Source of the DNA: Verrucomicrobiaceae bacterium | GTDB taxonomy: Bacteria > Verrucomicrobiota > Verrucomicrobiia > Verrucomicrobiales > Akkermansiaceae | Direction: 5' to 3' | Length of the DNA stretch: 64,000 bases | Assembly (NCBI GenBank): GCA_051252135.1 | Contig: JBPOGH010000014.1 | Span: 61,835 to 125,834 of the forward strand | Part shown: positions 49,994-60,124 of the stretch, piece after piece | How positions within the stretch are numbered: the first letter of the stretch is position 1 | Layout of the letters: the number at the start of each line of letters is the position of its first letter | Position numbers and translations under genes: made by a program | The notes under the pieces: model-generated | What the model saw: the letters and a program-made list of their open reading frames with translations, nothing else | Database searches by the model: none | Told to the model about the DNA's origin: nothing

Positions 49994-52900
49994 ATGAAAT
50001 CCTTCCTCTTTCTCCTCCTCTCCTGCCTCTCCCTCCAGGCCACCCCCCTTATCTCCTCTTGGTTCACCGATCTCTCCGGCCGCTACGCCCGCATCTATCC
50101 CGACAACGACGCCCAGACCGCCCAAGCCCCCGTCACCACCTGGTCTCGCGGCCAAGGCACCCAGACCGACCCCGTCTACGCCGGCATCACCGAAATCTCC
50201 TCCACCGCTACCGACGTCTACATCCGCACCCCCAATCTCGGCCTCCACATTATGGGCCCCTGGTATGGTGGAAATGGCAACCTCTTCCCCAACTACCCCG
50301 CCAACCAGGCCGATATCTTCCGCTTCCCCCGCACCCCCGTCATCCCCTCCTCTAAAACCGGTACCGGACTCGGAACCATCGGATACGGAGTCGATGGCAT
50401 CGCCCTCTTCGATTCCCGCGATGCCTTCTCTTACGACACCTCCGCCGGACAAGACGACGGCCCCGGCGCCGGCGCCGGTGTCGATGGCGACGACGTCTGG
50501 AACCGCGACGCCTACGTCAACGAAAGCGACACCTTCGACCCCGCCTTCGCCCACCAGGCCGGCGCCAACCACCACTACCACGCCAACACCCCCGCCCTCC
50601 GCCACCTCCTCGGCGACTCCGTCGACTACCACCCCTCCACCAACACCTACACCGAAAACTTCACCGGCTCACACTCCCCCATCATCGGCTGGTTCCGCGA
50701 CGGCCTCCCCCTCTACGGCCCCTACGGCTACTCCGATCCCAACGACCCCGCCTCCCCCGTCCGCCGCATGATCTCCGGCTACCAAAAGCGCGACGGCTCC
50801 AACGGCTCCACCAACCTCGCCACCACCGGCCGCACCACCCACCCCCAATGGGTCGTCCGCAACGAGGGAACCTCCGCCACCATCGCCGCCAACTTCCACG
50901 GCCCAAATGTCTCCCCCGCCATCCCCATCGGCCACTACCTCGAGGACTACGCCTACAAGGGCGACCTCGGTCTCACTCTCGGAACCGATTTCGACCTCAA
51001 CGAATACAACGTCCGCTTCTGCCTCACCCCCGAATTCCCCAACGGCACCTGGGCCTACTTCACCAACATCGAGCCCGACGGCACCCCCGTCTACCCCTAC
51101 AACATCGCCCGCTACTACCACGGCACTCCCTCAGGCGACTCCCCCAACACCATCCCCGCCGGAGCCACAGTCCACTTCGAAGGAGGCCCCAAAAAAACCA
51201 TCAGAGTCAACTCCATCTCCGAGACCGCTTCCGACGAAATCACCCTCGTTTGGTCTGCCATCGAGGGCGGCCAATACACCATCGACTCCACCACCTCGCT
51301 CGAAATCGGCTCCTGGACCCGCGAATCCAACAACGCCGAACCCACCCTGGAATCGCTCTCCCTCGTCGATACCGGCACTCTCACCTCCGACTCAAAAAAA
51401 TTCTACCGCACCAAGCTCAACTCCCTCGCCCCCTTCGACCAGGCAGGCATCCAAAACTTCACCTTCACCCCCGGCGTCACCTTCCTCTTCAATCTCGCCA
51501 CCTCGATGCTTCCTCCCGCATCCATCACCTCCGTCACCGTCGCCGGAATCCCCGCCACCGTCATCGCCTATGATCCCCAAACCGGCCTCACCGAGGTCTG
51601 CTTCGATCCCTCCTCCCTCGCCCCCGGTGACTACTACGCCCTCGTCAATGGCACCATCGACTCGGTCGAAGCCTACACCGTCGCCGGCCCACACAACGTC
51701 CTCCTCCTCATCGTCGACGACTGGGGCATCGACGCCTCCGACCTCTACAACACCCCCGGCGCCGGCATCCAACTTGCCAACATGCCCCACCTGAAGAACC
51801 TCGCCGACAACGGCCTCCTCTTCACCCGCGCCTACGCCCAGCCCCTCTGCTCCCCCACCCGCGCCACCTTGCTCACCGGGCGCCAGCCCTACCAACACGG
51901 CGTCGGCAACCCCCAGGCCAACTCCACCCTCCCCGCCGCCGAACAAACCTTCCCCGAACTCATCGCCGCCAGCGCCCCCGCCTACGGCCTCGCCTCCTTC
52001 GGAAAATGGCACCTCGGATCAGGAAACACCGGCCCCCTCGATACCGGCGGCTGGCCCCACTTCTCCGGCACTCTCACCGGAGGCGTGCCCGACTACGAAT
52101 CATGGGAACGCATCGAGATCACCAACGGAATTCTCACCGACTCCGGCACCACCGTCACCACCTACGCCACCACCGCCCAGGTCGATGAAGCCGCTTCCTT
52201 CATCACCGCCCAAGGCTCCGCACCCTGGGTCGTCTGGATGGGCTTCAACGCCCCCCACACCCCCTTCCACGATCCCCCCGTCGCCCTCGCCCCCGTCGGC
52301 GGATACTCCACCAACGGCACCACCAACAAAGCCAAATACATCCGCTCTCTCGAAGCCCTCGATACCGAGATCGGCCGCCTCCTCACCTCCGTCGATCTCT
52401 CCAAAACAAACATCATCATCATCGGAGACAACGGCACCCCCACCCAAGTCGTCCAATCCCCCGCCTCCGGACTCGCTGGCTCAAAAGGAGACCTCACGGA
52501 GGGTGGCATCCACGTCCCCCTCTTCGCCTCCGGACCCGATATCCTCCAGACCGGAACCTCCGATCAACTCGTTCACGTCGCCGACCTCTTCACCACTGTC
52601 CTCGACCTCACCGGCGTCGACACTCCCGCCGGCCTCGACCTCCACTCCAACTCCCTCGTCCCCATCTTCAACGGCACCGACACCGCCGACCGCTGCATCA
52701 TCTCCGAACTCTTCGGCCTCGACCCCGCAACCGACGGCCGCGCCCTCATCCTCGCCGACTGGCCCCTCTACAAACTCATCTCCACCCAGGACGTCAGCGA
52801 CCCCGCCGATACCCCCGTCTACCAAATGTACCTCCTCGGCGCCGACGGCATGGAAACCTCCACCCTCACCACCCCGCCCAACCCCGGCGATCCCCACGAG

Positions 52901-53284
52901 GCCGCCTACAACGCCCTCGTTGCCAAAGACCAACTCCTCAGCCCACCCGTCTCCAACACCCTCACCGTCCACATCGACCTTCCGACCAACGCCCCACCCC
53001 TCATCAACACCGGCAACGGAAACATCGTCCGCCCCAACGCCGTCACCATCGGAGGAGCTCCCGCCACCTGGGACACCGGCGATATCACCGTCTCCGGCAC
53101 CACCACCTCCGCCGCCCGCGTCGATGAAAATGGCGACCCCCACCAATTCTCCGTCGTCGCCCAATTCGATCCCACCGCCGCCGGCCTCACCCCCGGCCAG
53201 TCCTACGACATCATCGTCTCCTTCCCCGGCGCCGGCGGCACCTCCCGCACCTTCACCGCCACCAACCAATTCCAGGCCCCCTAA
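49994..53284 (+). CDS. YHYH-domain protein fused to an S1 sulfatase
   Basis: 'IGYGVDGIALFD', 'HHYH', 'HSPIIGWFRDGLPLYGPYGY', 'DLNEYNVRFCLTPEFPNGTWAYF'; from about 51692 'NVLLLIVDDWG', CSPTR, 'FGKWHLG'. Confidence 0.88.
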   Translation: MKSFLFLLLSCLSLQATPLISSWFTDLSGRYARIYPDNDAQTAQAPVTTWSRGQGTQTDPVYAGITEISSTATDVYIRTPNLGLHIMGPWYGGNGNLFPNYPANQADIFRFPRTPVIPSSKTGTGLGTIGYGVDGIALFDSRDAFSYDTSAGQDDGPGAGAGVDGDDVWNRDAYVNESDTFDPAFAHQAGANHHYHANTPALRHLLGDSVDYHPSTNTYTENFTGSHSPIIGWFRDGLPLYGPYGYSDPNDPASPVRRMISGYQKRDGSNGSTNLATTGRTTHPQWVVRNEGTSATIAANFHGPNVSPAIPIGHYLEDYAYKGDLGLTLGTDFDLNEYNVRFCLTPEFPNGTWAYFTNIEPDGTPVYPYNIARYYHGTPSGDSPNTIPAGATVHFEGGPKKTIRVNSISETASDEITLVWSAIEGGQYTIDSTTSLEIGSWTRESNNAEPTLESLSLVDTGTLTSDSKKFYRTKLNSLAPFDQAGIQNFTFTPGVTFLFNLATSMLPPASITSVTVAGIPATVIAYDPQTGLTEVCFDPSSLAPGDYYALVNGTIDSVEAYTVAGPHNVLLLIVDDWGIDASDLYNTPGAGIQLANMPHLKNLADNGLLFTRAYAQPLCSPTRATLLTGRQPYQHGVGNPQANSTLPAAEQTFPELIAASAPAYGLASFGKWHLGSGNTGPLDTGGWPHFSGTLTGGVPDYESWERIEITNGILTDSGTTVTTYATTAQVDEAASFITAQGSAPWVVWMGFNAPHTPFHDPPVALAPVGGYSTNGTTNKAKYIRSLEALDTEIGRLLTSVDLSKTNIIIIGDNGTPTQVVQSPASGLAGSKGDLTEGGIHVPLFASGPDILQTGTSDQLVHVADLFTTVLDLTGVDTPAGLDLHSNSLVPIFNGTDTADRCIISELFGLDPATDGRALILADWPLYKLISTQDVSDPADTPVYQMYLLGADGMETSTLTTPPNPGDPHEAAYNALVAKDQLLSPPVSNTLTVHIDLPTNAPPLINTGNGNIVRPNAVTIGGAPATWDTGDITVSGTTTSAARVDENGDPHQFSVVAQFDPTAAGLTPGQSYDIIVSFPGAGGTSRTFTATNQFQAP

Positions 53285-53422
53285 CCAATTGGGTGAACGG
53301 AACTTCCTCCCGTTTCCATCTCGGACATTCCATCCCCTCCCCCAAAAAACTTCATTTTTCTCAATAACCAACGGCCAATAAGTGGTATGACAAATTGCGT
53401 AGAGTGAGCTCCGCAACTCCCC

Positions 53423-53935
53423 ATGCACGAAGGCACCGAATTCTCCAAACTGGTCACAGAATCGCAGCAGCGACTCTACGCCTACATCTATTCCCTCATC
53501 GGGCACACCGCATCGTCTTGGGACGTCTTGCAGGAAACCAACCTCATCCTCTGGGCAAAGCGCGAAGACTTCAAAGAAGGGACCAACTTTCAGGCCTGGA
53601 CCCACACCATCGCCCGCTTCCAGGTCCTCGCCTTCCTTCGCGACAAAACCCGCGAGCCCCTCAGCATCCTCACCCCGGAAATCTTCGAAAAATTCGAAGC
53701 GGAAGAAGACCCCGTCCTCGAAGATCATGAGGCCCGCCTCAAGACCCTCTCCAAATGCCTGAAACAACTCGCTCCCGCCGCATCCAACATCGTCCGGTGG
53801 CACTACGAGGATAAAGAATCTCTCAATAAAATCAGCGAACGTCTCTCCATGACGTCGAACGCAGTCAAACAGGCCCTCTTCCGGGCCCGCCGCAGCCTCC
53901 AGACCTGCATCGAACTGTCGATTCCCTCGAAATGA
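53423..53935 (+). CDS. ECF sigma-70 factor (Rhodopirellula/Verrucomicrobium type)
   Basis: 'QQRLYAYIYSL..DVLQETNLILW..GTNFQAW..IARF'; region 4 'AVKQALFRARRSL..CI'. Confidence 0.92.
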   Translation: MHEGTEFSKLVTESQQRLYAYIYSLIGHTASSWDVLQETNLILWAKREDFKEGTNFQAWTHTIARFQVLAFLRDKTREPLSILTPEIFEKFEAEEDPVLEDHEARLKTLSKCLKQLAPAASNIVRWHYEDKESLNKISERLSMTSNAVKQALFRARRSLQTCIELSIPSK

Positions 53936-55452
53936 AACCCTCCCCAAAAATCCAGTTCACCACGGAAGAGGAAAAGATCTTTTGGATCGAATCGATCATC
54001 GACGATTTCCGCGAAGGAAACGCCGATCCGAATGACGTCGAGAGTCTCCGGGCCCTCCTCCTTGAGGACTCCGGCGCGCGCAAAATTTACCTCGAGTCCA
54101 ACAAGCTCACCACTCTTCTCGAGTCCACATCCACCATCACCAAAACGGCCCCCCCTCGCCGCATCCTCCCGTTCACACGCTGGGCAGCCGGACTCGGAAT
54201 TGCAGCAGCTCTGACCATCGGACTCTGGGTCTCCTTCCAAAACCCCGCCGCGACCCCCTCCACCCCGAACCCAGCCCCTTGGCTTGCTACCTTATCCTCC
54301 TCGAATGAACCCGTCTGGGACGGACCCGGGGCCATTTCCGGAAAATTCTACCCCGGAAAAATCAAGCTGAAATCCGGCGTCGCCGAACTCGAATTCCAAA
54401 ACGGCGCACAGTTCATCATCGAGGGCCCTTGCGCTCTGGAGATCATCAACGGAAACAAAATCGAACTCGAATACGGAAAACTCTGGGGTCACTGCCCGCC
54501 CAATGCACAAGGCTTCGAAGTCCTCGCACCGGGTGGTAACCGCATCGTCGACCTCGGAACAGAATTCGGAGTGGGAGTCGCCCCCTCGGGAGAGGTCGAG
54601 GTCCACGTCTTCGACGGCGAAGTCGAAGTGTTCTCCGACAACGAAAAGAAACGCGCCCTCGATGCCGGCTCCGCCCTGAAAATCGCCCCCGGAGAAGTTC
54701 CCCACCCGCTCCACGCCAACATCCTGAGCTTCACCAACACCTACAAGCTCCAATCCGACCTCTACCACCGTCACCGCTCCGCCTTGCTGCAGCGCGAAGA
54801 CCTGTTCCTCTACTACGATTTTTCCCCCCTCGTCCAAAACCCCTACACCGTCAGGGATTTCGGCCCGGCCCAACTCGACGGGAACGTCCTCGGAGCTCTC
54901 CCCGTAAAAGGAAGAATTGCCGACAAAGGAGCACGCCTTTTCGAAAAAGAAGGGGATGCCGTCGCCGTTGATCTAACACAGACCTCACCCGGTAAGCAGT
55001 TCACCATCGCCATGTGGGTCAAACCCACCGCCTTCTCCAGATCACACATGGCCTTGTTCAACTCAAACGAATTCGGCCCCGGAAAGCTCCACTTCCAAAT
55101 CCACGACGACGGGAGACTCATGACCGCCATTGGCGAAGTTGCTCGCTATTCCTCTCCCCGGGACACCATCAAAACAAACACGTGGCAGATGGTCGCGGTC
55201 AGCTGGGACCTCGAAACAGGCGAAGCCCAACTCTATCTCAATGGCGAGACTCTTGAAATCAAAAGAACCGCATTCACAGGCAAGAACAACATCCCCTCGC
55301 TCGACCTGGGGCCTTGCCAAATCGGCTCCTGGGCACAACCGACCTATGGGCACAACCGGAGCTTCGAAGGCCGCATCGATGAAGTCATGCTCTTCTCCGG
55401 CTCTCTCAGTGAAAGCGAAATGATCAGCCTTTTCGAACAGAGCCGCCCCTAG
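53932..55452 (+). CDS. FecR-like anti-sigma factor with C-terminal LamG domain
   Basis: ATGA overlap with the sigma gene; TM helix; 'LKSGVAELEF..GA..IEGP', 'IVDLGTEFGV..EVHVFDGEV'; LamG 'GRIDEVMLF'. Confidence 0.9.
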   Translation: MKPSPKIQFTTEEEKIFWIESIIDDFREGNADPNDVESLRALLLEDSGARKIYLESNKLTTLLESTSTITKTAPPRRILPFTRWAAGLGIAAALTIGLWVSFQNPAATPSTPNPAPWLATLSSSNEPVWDGPGAISGKFYPGKIKLKSGVAELEFQNGAQFIIEGPCALEIINGNKIELEYGKLWGHCPPNAQGFEVLAPGGNRIVDLGTEFGVGVAPSGEVEVHVFDGEVEVFSDNEKKRALDAGSALKIAPGEVPHPLHANILSFTNTYKLQSDLYHRHRSALLQREDLFLYYDFSPLVQNPYTVRDFGPAQLDGNVLGALPVKGRIADKGARLFEKEGDAVAVDLTQTSPGKQFTIAMWVKPTAFSRSHMALFNSNEFGPGKLHFQIHDDGRLMTAIGEVARYSSPRDTIKTNTWQMVAVSWDLETGEAQLYLNGETLEIKRTAFTGKNNIPSLDLGPCQIGSWAQPTYGHNRSFEGRIDEVMLFSGSLSESEMISLFEQSRP

Positions 55453-55661
55453 CGGAGCCACCGATCGGAACCGAGGCAGACTGAACATCACTCCAGCAAC
55501 GGCCCACCAGCGTCACTCGAGGGAAAACGCGTCAAAGAGCGTGCACGTCTCAGCGAGCCGCCCCGGACCCAAAGCAATCCTGTCGTCACCCGGTCTCACC
55601 GCTCCTTGGGATTCCTCACCCGTTCGGTGCGACCCAATCCCCCCTTCATCGGTAGGAACCC

Positions 55662-55696
55662 AAAAAAATGGGCAGCCCCTTGCAGGACTGCCCATT
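55662..55696 (-). terminator. Rho-independent terminator for the minus-strand gene
   Basis: aatgggcag...ctgcccatt preceded by A7 on the + strand. Confidence 0.75.
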
Positions 55697-55732
55697 GAAA
55701 TTTCCTAACCGGGGTTTCCCGGCGAAAGGCGA

Positions 55733-58700
55733 TTACCTCTCAACGCGGAAGAACAGCTTCTCCACTCCCTGCAGACCCAAATCTCCCAGGTTGAAGGTCC
55801 TGCTCGTTGTCGCACCCGGATCAGCCGCGATTCCGTCGTCAATCTCACCTTCCCAGTCGATCATATCAACCGAGTAGAATAAGCTGAATTGCTCCGACGC
55901 TCTGGAATTCCAGGTCAGCGTGATGTCGTCGCCAACGCGCTCGATGTTCGTAATTACCAGAGGCTGGGGTCCCAAATTCAGGAACTCTCCAACGCTTACT
56001 CCGGAAGCGAGAGTCTGAATGTGGGGTCCGGGGAGGGGACCCGAGAAGATCGCAAAATCATCCAGTTGTCCCGTCATGTTATTGGCACCACCCAGGGTCG
56101 CTCCGATAAACACGTCGCCGGGGAGTGCAAACTGCTGATCAGCCGCACCTTGGGCCCATTCGGCAGCACGCACCCCATCAATCCATAGCTCAACCGTTCC
56201 ATCCGCGTATTGCTGGATGACAAAGTGTTGCCATTGGTCGGGGATCGTTGGATCGGCAACCGTTCTCCGGAAACCCATGAGGTCCACGTAGAAGAGATTA
56301 TTATTCCAGGGCGCATGGGACTGAAGTCCCCGTCCGCCACCAAAGTTCGGGGCCGCGAAGGCTGCCGATGATACGGTAGGACCGGTGCGCTTTTGCCACC
56401 ACGAAATGGCAACCGTATTATTCGCTTCGATCGTCAGGAAATGATCACCTGCCGTGACCGCAGCGTGGTTTCCAACAGAAGCCACGGTTCCCAAATCAAG
56501 GGACTGGTCGCCGGTTTCCCCTGAGAATCCGCCGCTATCGGCAGACAGTACGGCTCCGCCCATCAGAGCCGAATCAGGAGCACCTTCGACACGACTCAGC
56601 GAGTCTCCATTGAAGTCGTAGTATAATACGATCTCCGGATCGTCAGCCGCCAAACTGGCAGGATTGAGCGGGTCGGATCCAAAGGCAATTTCCTCGCCGT
56701 CGGTGTAGGTGTCTCCATCGGTATCGGCAATGAGCGGGTTCGTTCCCGTCTGGTTCGCGTCAACATACGGAAGATCGGGATTCTCCACCCCATCAAGCAA
56801 GCCGTCACCATCGGTATCAGCCAGGAAGGGACTCGTGCCGGTATCAGTGGCACTGACCCAAACCCCGGTATTGGTCTCCACCCCGTCAAGATAGCCGTCA
56901 TCATCGGTATCTTCGTCGTTGGGAAGGGTCCCCAGGTTAAACTCCTCGAGGTTGGTGAGCATGTCATTATCCCCATCAAGACCGGCATCGTTCACGTTCG
57001 GATCCAATCCATAGGTCGTCTCATAGGAATCAGGCATTCCGTCCGAATCCGTATCGGCTAAAACGGCATCCAGATTCTGCGGGTCCGCACCATTGGCGAG
57101 TGCCAGAATTTGCGTGCTGTTAAGCGGATCCGCGTAGAACGCAAAATCATCAACGTGGCCGACCACATTACGTCCAACATCATCAAGCCCCAGAAGCACC
57201 GTGTGATGGTTGTTGGCAAACGCAGCCCCCGCATTCTCTCCACTCAGCGCCATTCTGCCATTGATCCAGACTTCCTTGGTGTCTTGATTCTTAACCAAAG
57301 TAATGTGGTTCCACTGCTGCCAGTCGACCGCAAAGACCGGAGTCCCCGCCACCCGGTTGGCCGTGCCACCACCATGGTCAAAGTAAACATTGCCATCGGT
57401 GAAGGGCAGATGTGCCATAATCGCACGATCAACTCCATACCGGCTGGCTCCCACACTGGAGGTCGCCCCCGTCGGTTCGCCGGCATCAAGCTTCTGCCAG
57501 AACGAGATCGAAAACTGATCGTTAATCGCCGCAAGGTTCAAAAACTCCCCAAGCTCAACGGTGACTCCGGTGCCGGCATTCGCTGTCGCTCCCAAATAAA
57601 TGGCAAGGTCGCCCGCCGCTTCGGTGTGCCCCAAGGCATCGGCCGTATAAGTCGTTCCGGCATTCAGCTCGCCCACATAGCCATTGACCAAATCGATCGT
57701 CTGGGAGGCGTTTGAGGCATTGTTGAAATCCCAATACGCCAGCAGATCCACCGCATTGGGATCGAGCGTTGGCACCGAACTGTCGAGGTTCGGGTCCGTC
57801 AGGGAAATAAAGAGCTCGGTGGGATCATTGACACCATCGGCATCCGAATCGGCGAGATTCGGATTCGTCTGATGCACGTTCACTTCGTCGGCATCAGTAA
57901 GACCATCCACGTCGGAATCCGCCACAAGCGGATTGGTGGAGTAGGTGAGCACCTCAACGTCATCATTGAGAGTGTCCCCATCCGTATCTGCCAGAAGAGG
58001 ATTGGTCCCGTAGGTATCGACCTCTTCACCATCCAATAGGTTGTCATCATCCGAATCGTTGTCGTTCAGATCGGTCCCAAGCTGGAACTCCCGAAGATTG
58101 GTAAGACCATCTACATCGGGATCAAGCGCGGCATCACTCGGATCACTGCGATTCAGCCCATTGGCATCCTCATACTCGTTGGAAATTCCATCTCCATCTT
58201 CATCGGGAAGAATAAGACGAAGCTGAATGCCGTTGATCTGGGCACGGCCCCCGCTATTGAGACTGGTTCCTCCGTTATTGCTTCCCGCAATATCAAAGCT
58301 CTGGCTCGTGGCATCAGCAATAAATGTTCCCGTGACCGAGTCCCCACTTGCGTGACCAACCGCAGCATTGGTAGGGTCACGATTGTCCAGTTGATTGAAT
58401 CCGGCGGTCAGCGCGACCATACTGTCATCGACTGACTGGGTTCCATCACTGAAGACGGTCACGTAGTTCGAATGGCGGCCATTCCGCGCATCATTGCCAA
58501 AAACCTGAATGCTGTATTCCGCTCCTACCGTCAATCCGGAGAAGGTGATCGTCTGCACATTCCAAAGTGCCCCGGTAATCATATTACCGATATTGGCATC
58601 GCCTGCCAACGCTCCGGTTGCAAAAGTGCCCGGACCATTCAGCTCGAATGCATTCGACGAGAACGTGACTCCATTGGCAGTCACCCCCGCATTGATTTCT

Positions 58701-58927
58701 GCGAGATTGGCTTCGAGGAAGACCACCCCGTTCAAGGTGATATCTCCGACGGCTCCAGTGCTCGGGTTCACCGCAATCAGCGACTGGCTGTTGTTGTTGA
58801 CAAAGGAGTCTGTCACGGCTCCCTGATACATATCTACGGATGTCTCCCAGGTGATCTGAGCCGCAGGAAGGAGCGAACTCAAACCAATCATCAGACCAAT
58901 CGATTGTGTTATTTTGAAGTGTTTCAT
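55733..58927 (-). CDS. Secreted protein with two LamG-like domains and TSP3-like DxDxDG repeats
   Basis: Probable ATG at 58927 (MKHFKITQ.. signal); 'LLAYWDFN', 'VLYYDFN', 'GTNPLLADTDGD' repeats; ends 'YSVDMIDW...LFFRVER'. Confidence 0.87.
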   Translation of the reverse strand: MKHFKITQSIGLMIGLSSLLPAAQITWETSVDMYQGAVTDSFVNNNSQSLIAVNPSTGAVGDITLNGVVFLEANLAEINAGVTANGVTFSSNAFELNGPGTFATGALAGDANIGNMITGALWNVQTITFSGLTVGAEYSIQVFGNDARNGRHSNYVTVFSDGTQSVDDSMVALTAGFNQLDNRDPTNAAVGHASGDSVTGTFIADATSQSFDIAGSNNGGTSLNSGGRAQINGIQLRLILPDEDGDGISNEYEDANGLNRSDPSDAALDPDVDGLTNLREFQLGTDLNDNDSDDDNLLDGEEVDTYGTNPLLADTDGDTLNDDVEVLTYSTNPLVADSDVDGLTDADEVNVHQTNPNLADSDADGVNDPTELFISLTDPNLDSSVPTLDPNAVDLLAYWDFNNASNASQTIDLVNGYVGELNAGTTYTADALGHTEAAGDLAIYLGATANAGTGVTVELGEFLNLAAINDQFSISFWQKLDAGEPTGATSSVGASRYGVDRAIMAHLPFTDGNVYFDHGGGTANRVAGTPVFAVDWQQWNHITLVKNQDTKEVWINGRMALSGENAGAAFANNHHTVLLGLDDVGRNVVGHVDDFAFYADPLNSTQILALANGADPQNLDAVLADTDSDGMPDSYETTYGLDPNVNDAGLDGDNDMLTNLEEFNLGTLPNDEDTDDDGYLDGVETNTGVWVSATDTGTSPFLADTDGDGLLDGVENPDLPYVDANQTGTNPLIADTDGDTYTDGEEIAFGSDPLNPASLAADDPEIVLYYDFNGDSLSRVEGAPDSALMGGAVLSADSGGFSGETGDQSLDLGTVASVGNHAAVTAGDHFLTIEANNTVAISWWQKRTGPTVSSAAFAAPNFGGGRGLQSHAPWNNNLFYVDLMGFRRTVADPTIPDQWQHFVIQQYADGTVELWIDGVRAAEWAQGAADQQFALPGDVFIGATLGGANNMTGQLDDFAIFSGPLPGPHIQTLASGVSVGEFLNLGPQPLVITNIERVGDDITLTWNSRASEQFSLFYSVDMIDWEGEIDDGIAADPGATTSRTFNLGDLGLQGVEKLFFRVER

Positions 58928-59044
58928 TGTTCCGGAATTGGAGGTAAGAAAGACGGCTGCGCAAGATTCCCTGCGCAGCAAACTAACCGCGAAGTTACAG
59001 CTCCGAAGGGCCGAACCAAGGCATTTTAAATTAAAAAATAAATC

Positions 59045-59071
59045 CGTAACCTTCTTTGGGATAGGGGTATT
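59045..59071 (+). promoter_or_regulatory. ECF-like promoter motif, copy 1 (CGTAACC-N14-GGTATT)
   Basis: cgtaacc ttctttgggatagg ggtatt, preceded by an A-tract. Confidence 0.5.
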
Positions 59072-59261
59072 CATTCATGGAATTTTCAGGTCTGAAGCTC
59101 GACTTTTCACCTGATCTTGACCCGCCCGATTGGGGATCAGCCCCAAAAAAGCCCCTTTGGACGCCCACACCATATCGCCACCGGAAATTCATTTGACCCC
59201 GCACCTGACAATGAGGCGAACACGGCGAAAACGATCTCCACGCGAAAAAGATTAAAAAAAA

Positions 59262-59288
59262 CGTAACCTATCTCGCCTCATCGGTATT
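59262..59288 (+). promoter_or_regulatory. ECF-like promoter motif, copy 2 (CGTAACC-N14-GGTATT)
   Basis: cgtaacc tatctcgcctcatc ggtatt, preceded by A8, about 85 bp upstream of ATG 59372. Confidence 0.55.
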
Positions 59289-59371
59289 GGTTCTTTGGAA
59301 GAGGTAACCTTTCCAAAAAACAAAGCCGCCGAATCCAAAATCGACAGGAATCACACATTACTGAAATTACG

Positions 59372-60124
59372 ATGAACAACTTAAAACTAGCAAGCTCCCT
59401 ATTCGCCGCCATCGGCATGACCACCGCGAGTCAGGCCGCATTGGTCGCCTCTTTTTCCTTCGAAGAAGGTTCCGGCACCGTCGCCATTGACTCAAGCGGC
59501 TCCGGAAATGACGGCACCATCGCAGGAGGAGCCACCTGGGCACCGGGAATCCTCGGATCCGCCATCAGCTTGGACGGTATCGACGACACCATCCGCCTGA
59601 ACGATAACACCTTTGCCGGCAACACCACCATCACCTCCATCTCGGCTTGGGTCTTCGGTGGAGTGGACAATCCGGAGCGTTCCACCTTTTTCTGGGGCTC
59701 TAACGTCACAACCGGTGGGGGCACAGGCCGCCAACAGCAGATCCACCTGCCATGGGAAAACGGCATCTCCTACTGGCGCGCCCCCAGTGGTCAGATCGCT
59801 TACACCGCAGATGCAGGTGTCGTAGCAGGAAGCTGGAATCACTGGGCCTTCACCAAGGACTCCACCGACGGTGACATCAAAATCTACCTCAACGGAGCTG
59901 AAGTCGCATCCGGAACCGGCGCCGGCGTCACCACCGTGGCTGCTTCGTGGTTGGGCAGTCAGGGAGGCGATGACCGCTTCTATCATGGCTTGGTCGATGA
60001 ATTCAAGGTCTACGACCACGAGCTGTCTCAAACTGAAGTCTCAGCCCTCGCCGCAGTCCCCGAGCCCTCCTCGGCACTCCTCGCGTTCGCAGGACTCGCC
60101 CTCGGCCTCCGTCGTCGCCGATAG
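59372..60124 (+). CDS. PEP-CTERM protein with LamG-like domain
   Basis: Signal peptide; 'FSFEEGSGTVAIDSSG', 'WNHWAF..IYLNG..GLVDEFKVYD'; VPEPSSALLAFAGLALGLRRRR. Confidence 0.93.
   Translation: MNNLKLASSLFAAIGMTTASQAALVASFSFEEGSGTVAIDSSGSGNDGTIAGGATWAPGILGSAISLDGIDDTIRLNDNTFAGNTTITSISAWVFGGVDNPERSTFFWGSNVTTGGGTGRQQQIHLPWENGISYWRAPSGQIAYTADAGVVAGSWNHWAFTKDSTDGDIKIYLNGAEVASGTGAGVTTVAASWLGSQGGDDRFYHGLVDEFKVYDHELSQTEVSALAAVPEPSSALLAFAGLALGLRRRR

Noticed and set aside
55515..55524. cactcgaggg, reverse complement of the core of the 30-bp element
   Set aside because: Only 10 bp match and the arms are absent; may be chance
55453..55660. Intergenic gap as a possible ncRNA
   Set aside because: No recognisable tRNA, riboswitch or other RNA motif; would need an Infernal/Rfam search
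58928..59074. 49-aa N-terminal extension of the minus-strand LamG protein
   Set aside because: The signal peptide starts at Met50 (58927); the extension covers promoter-like AT-rich DNA
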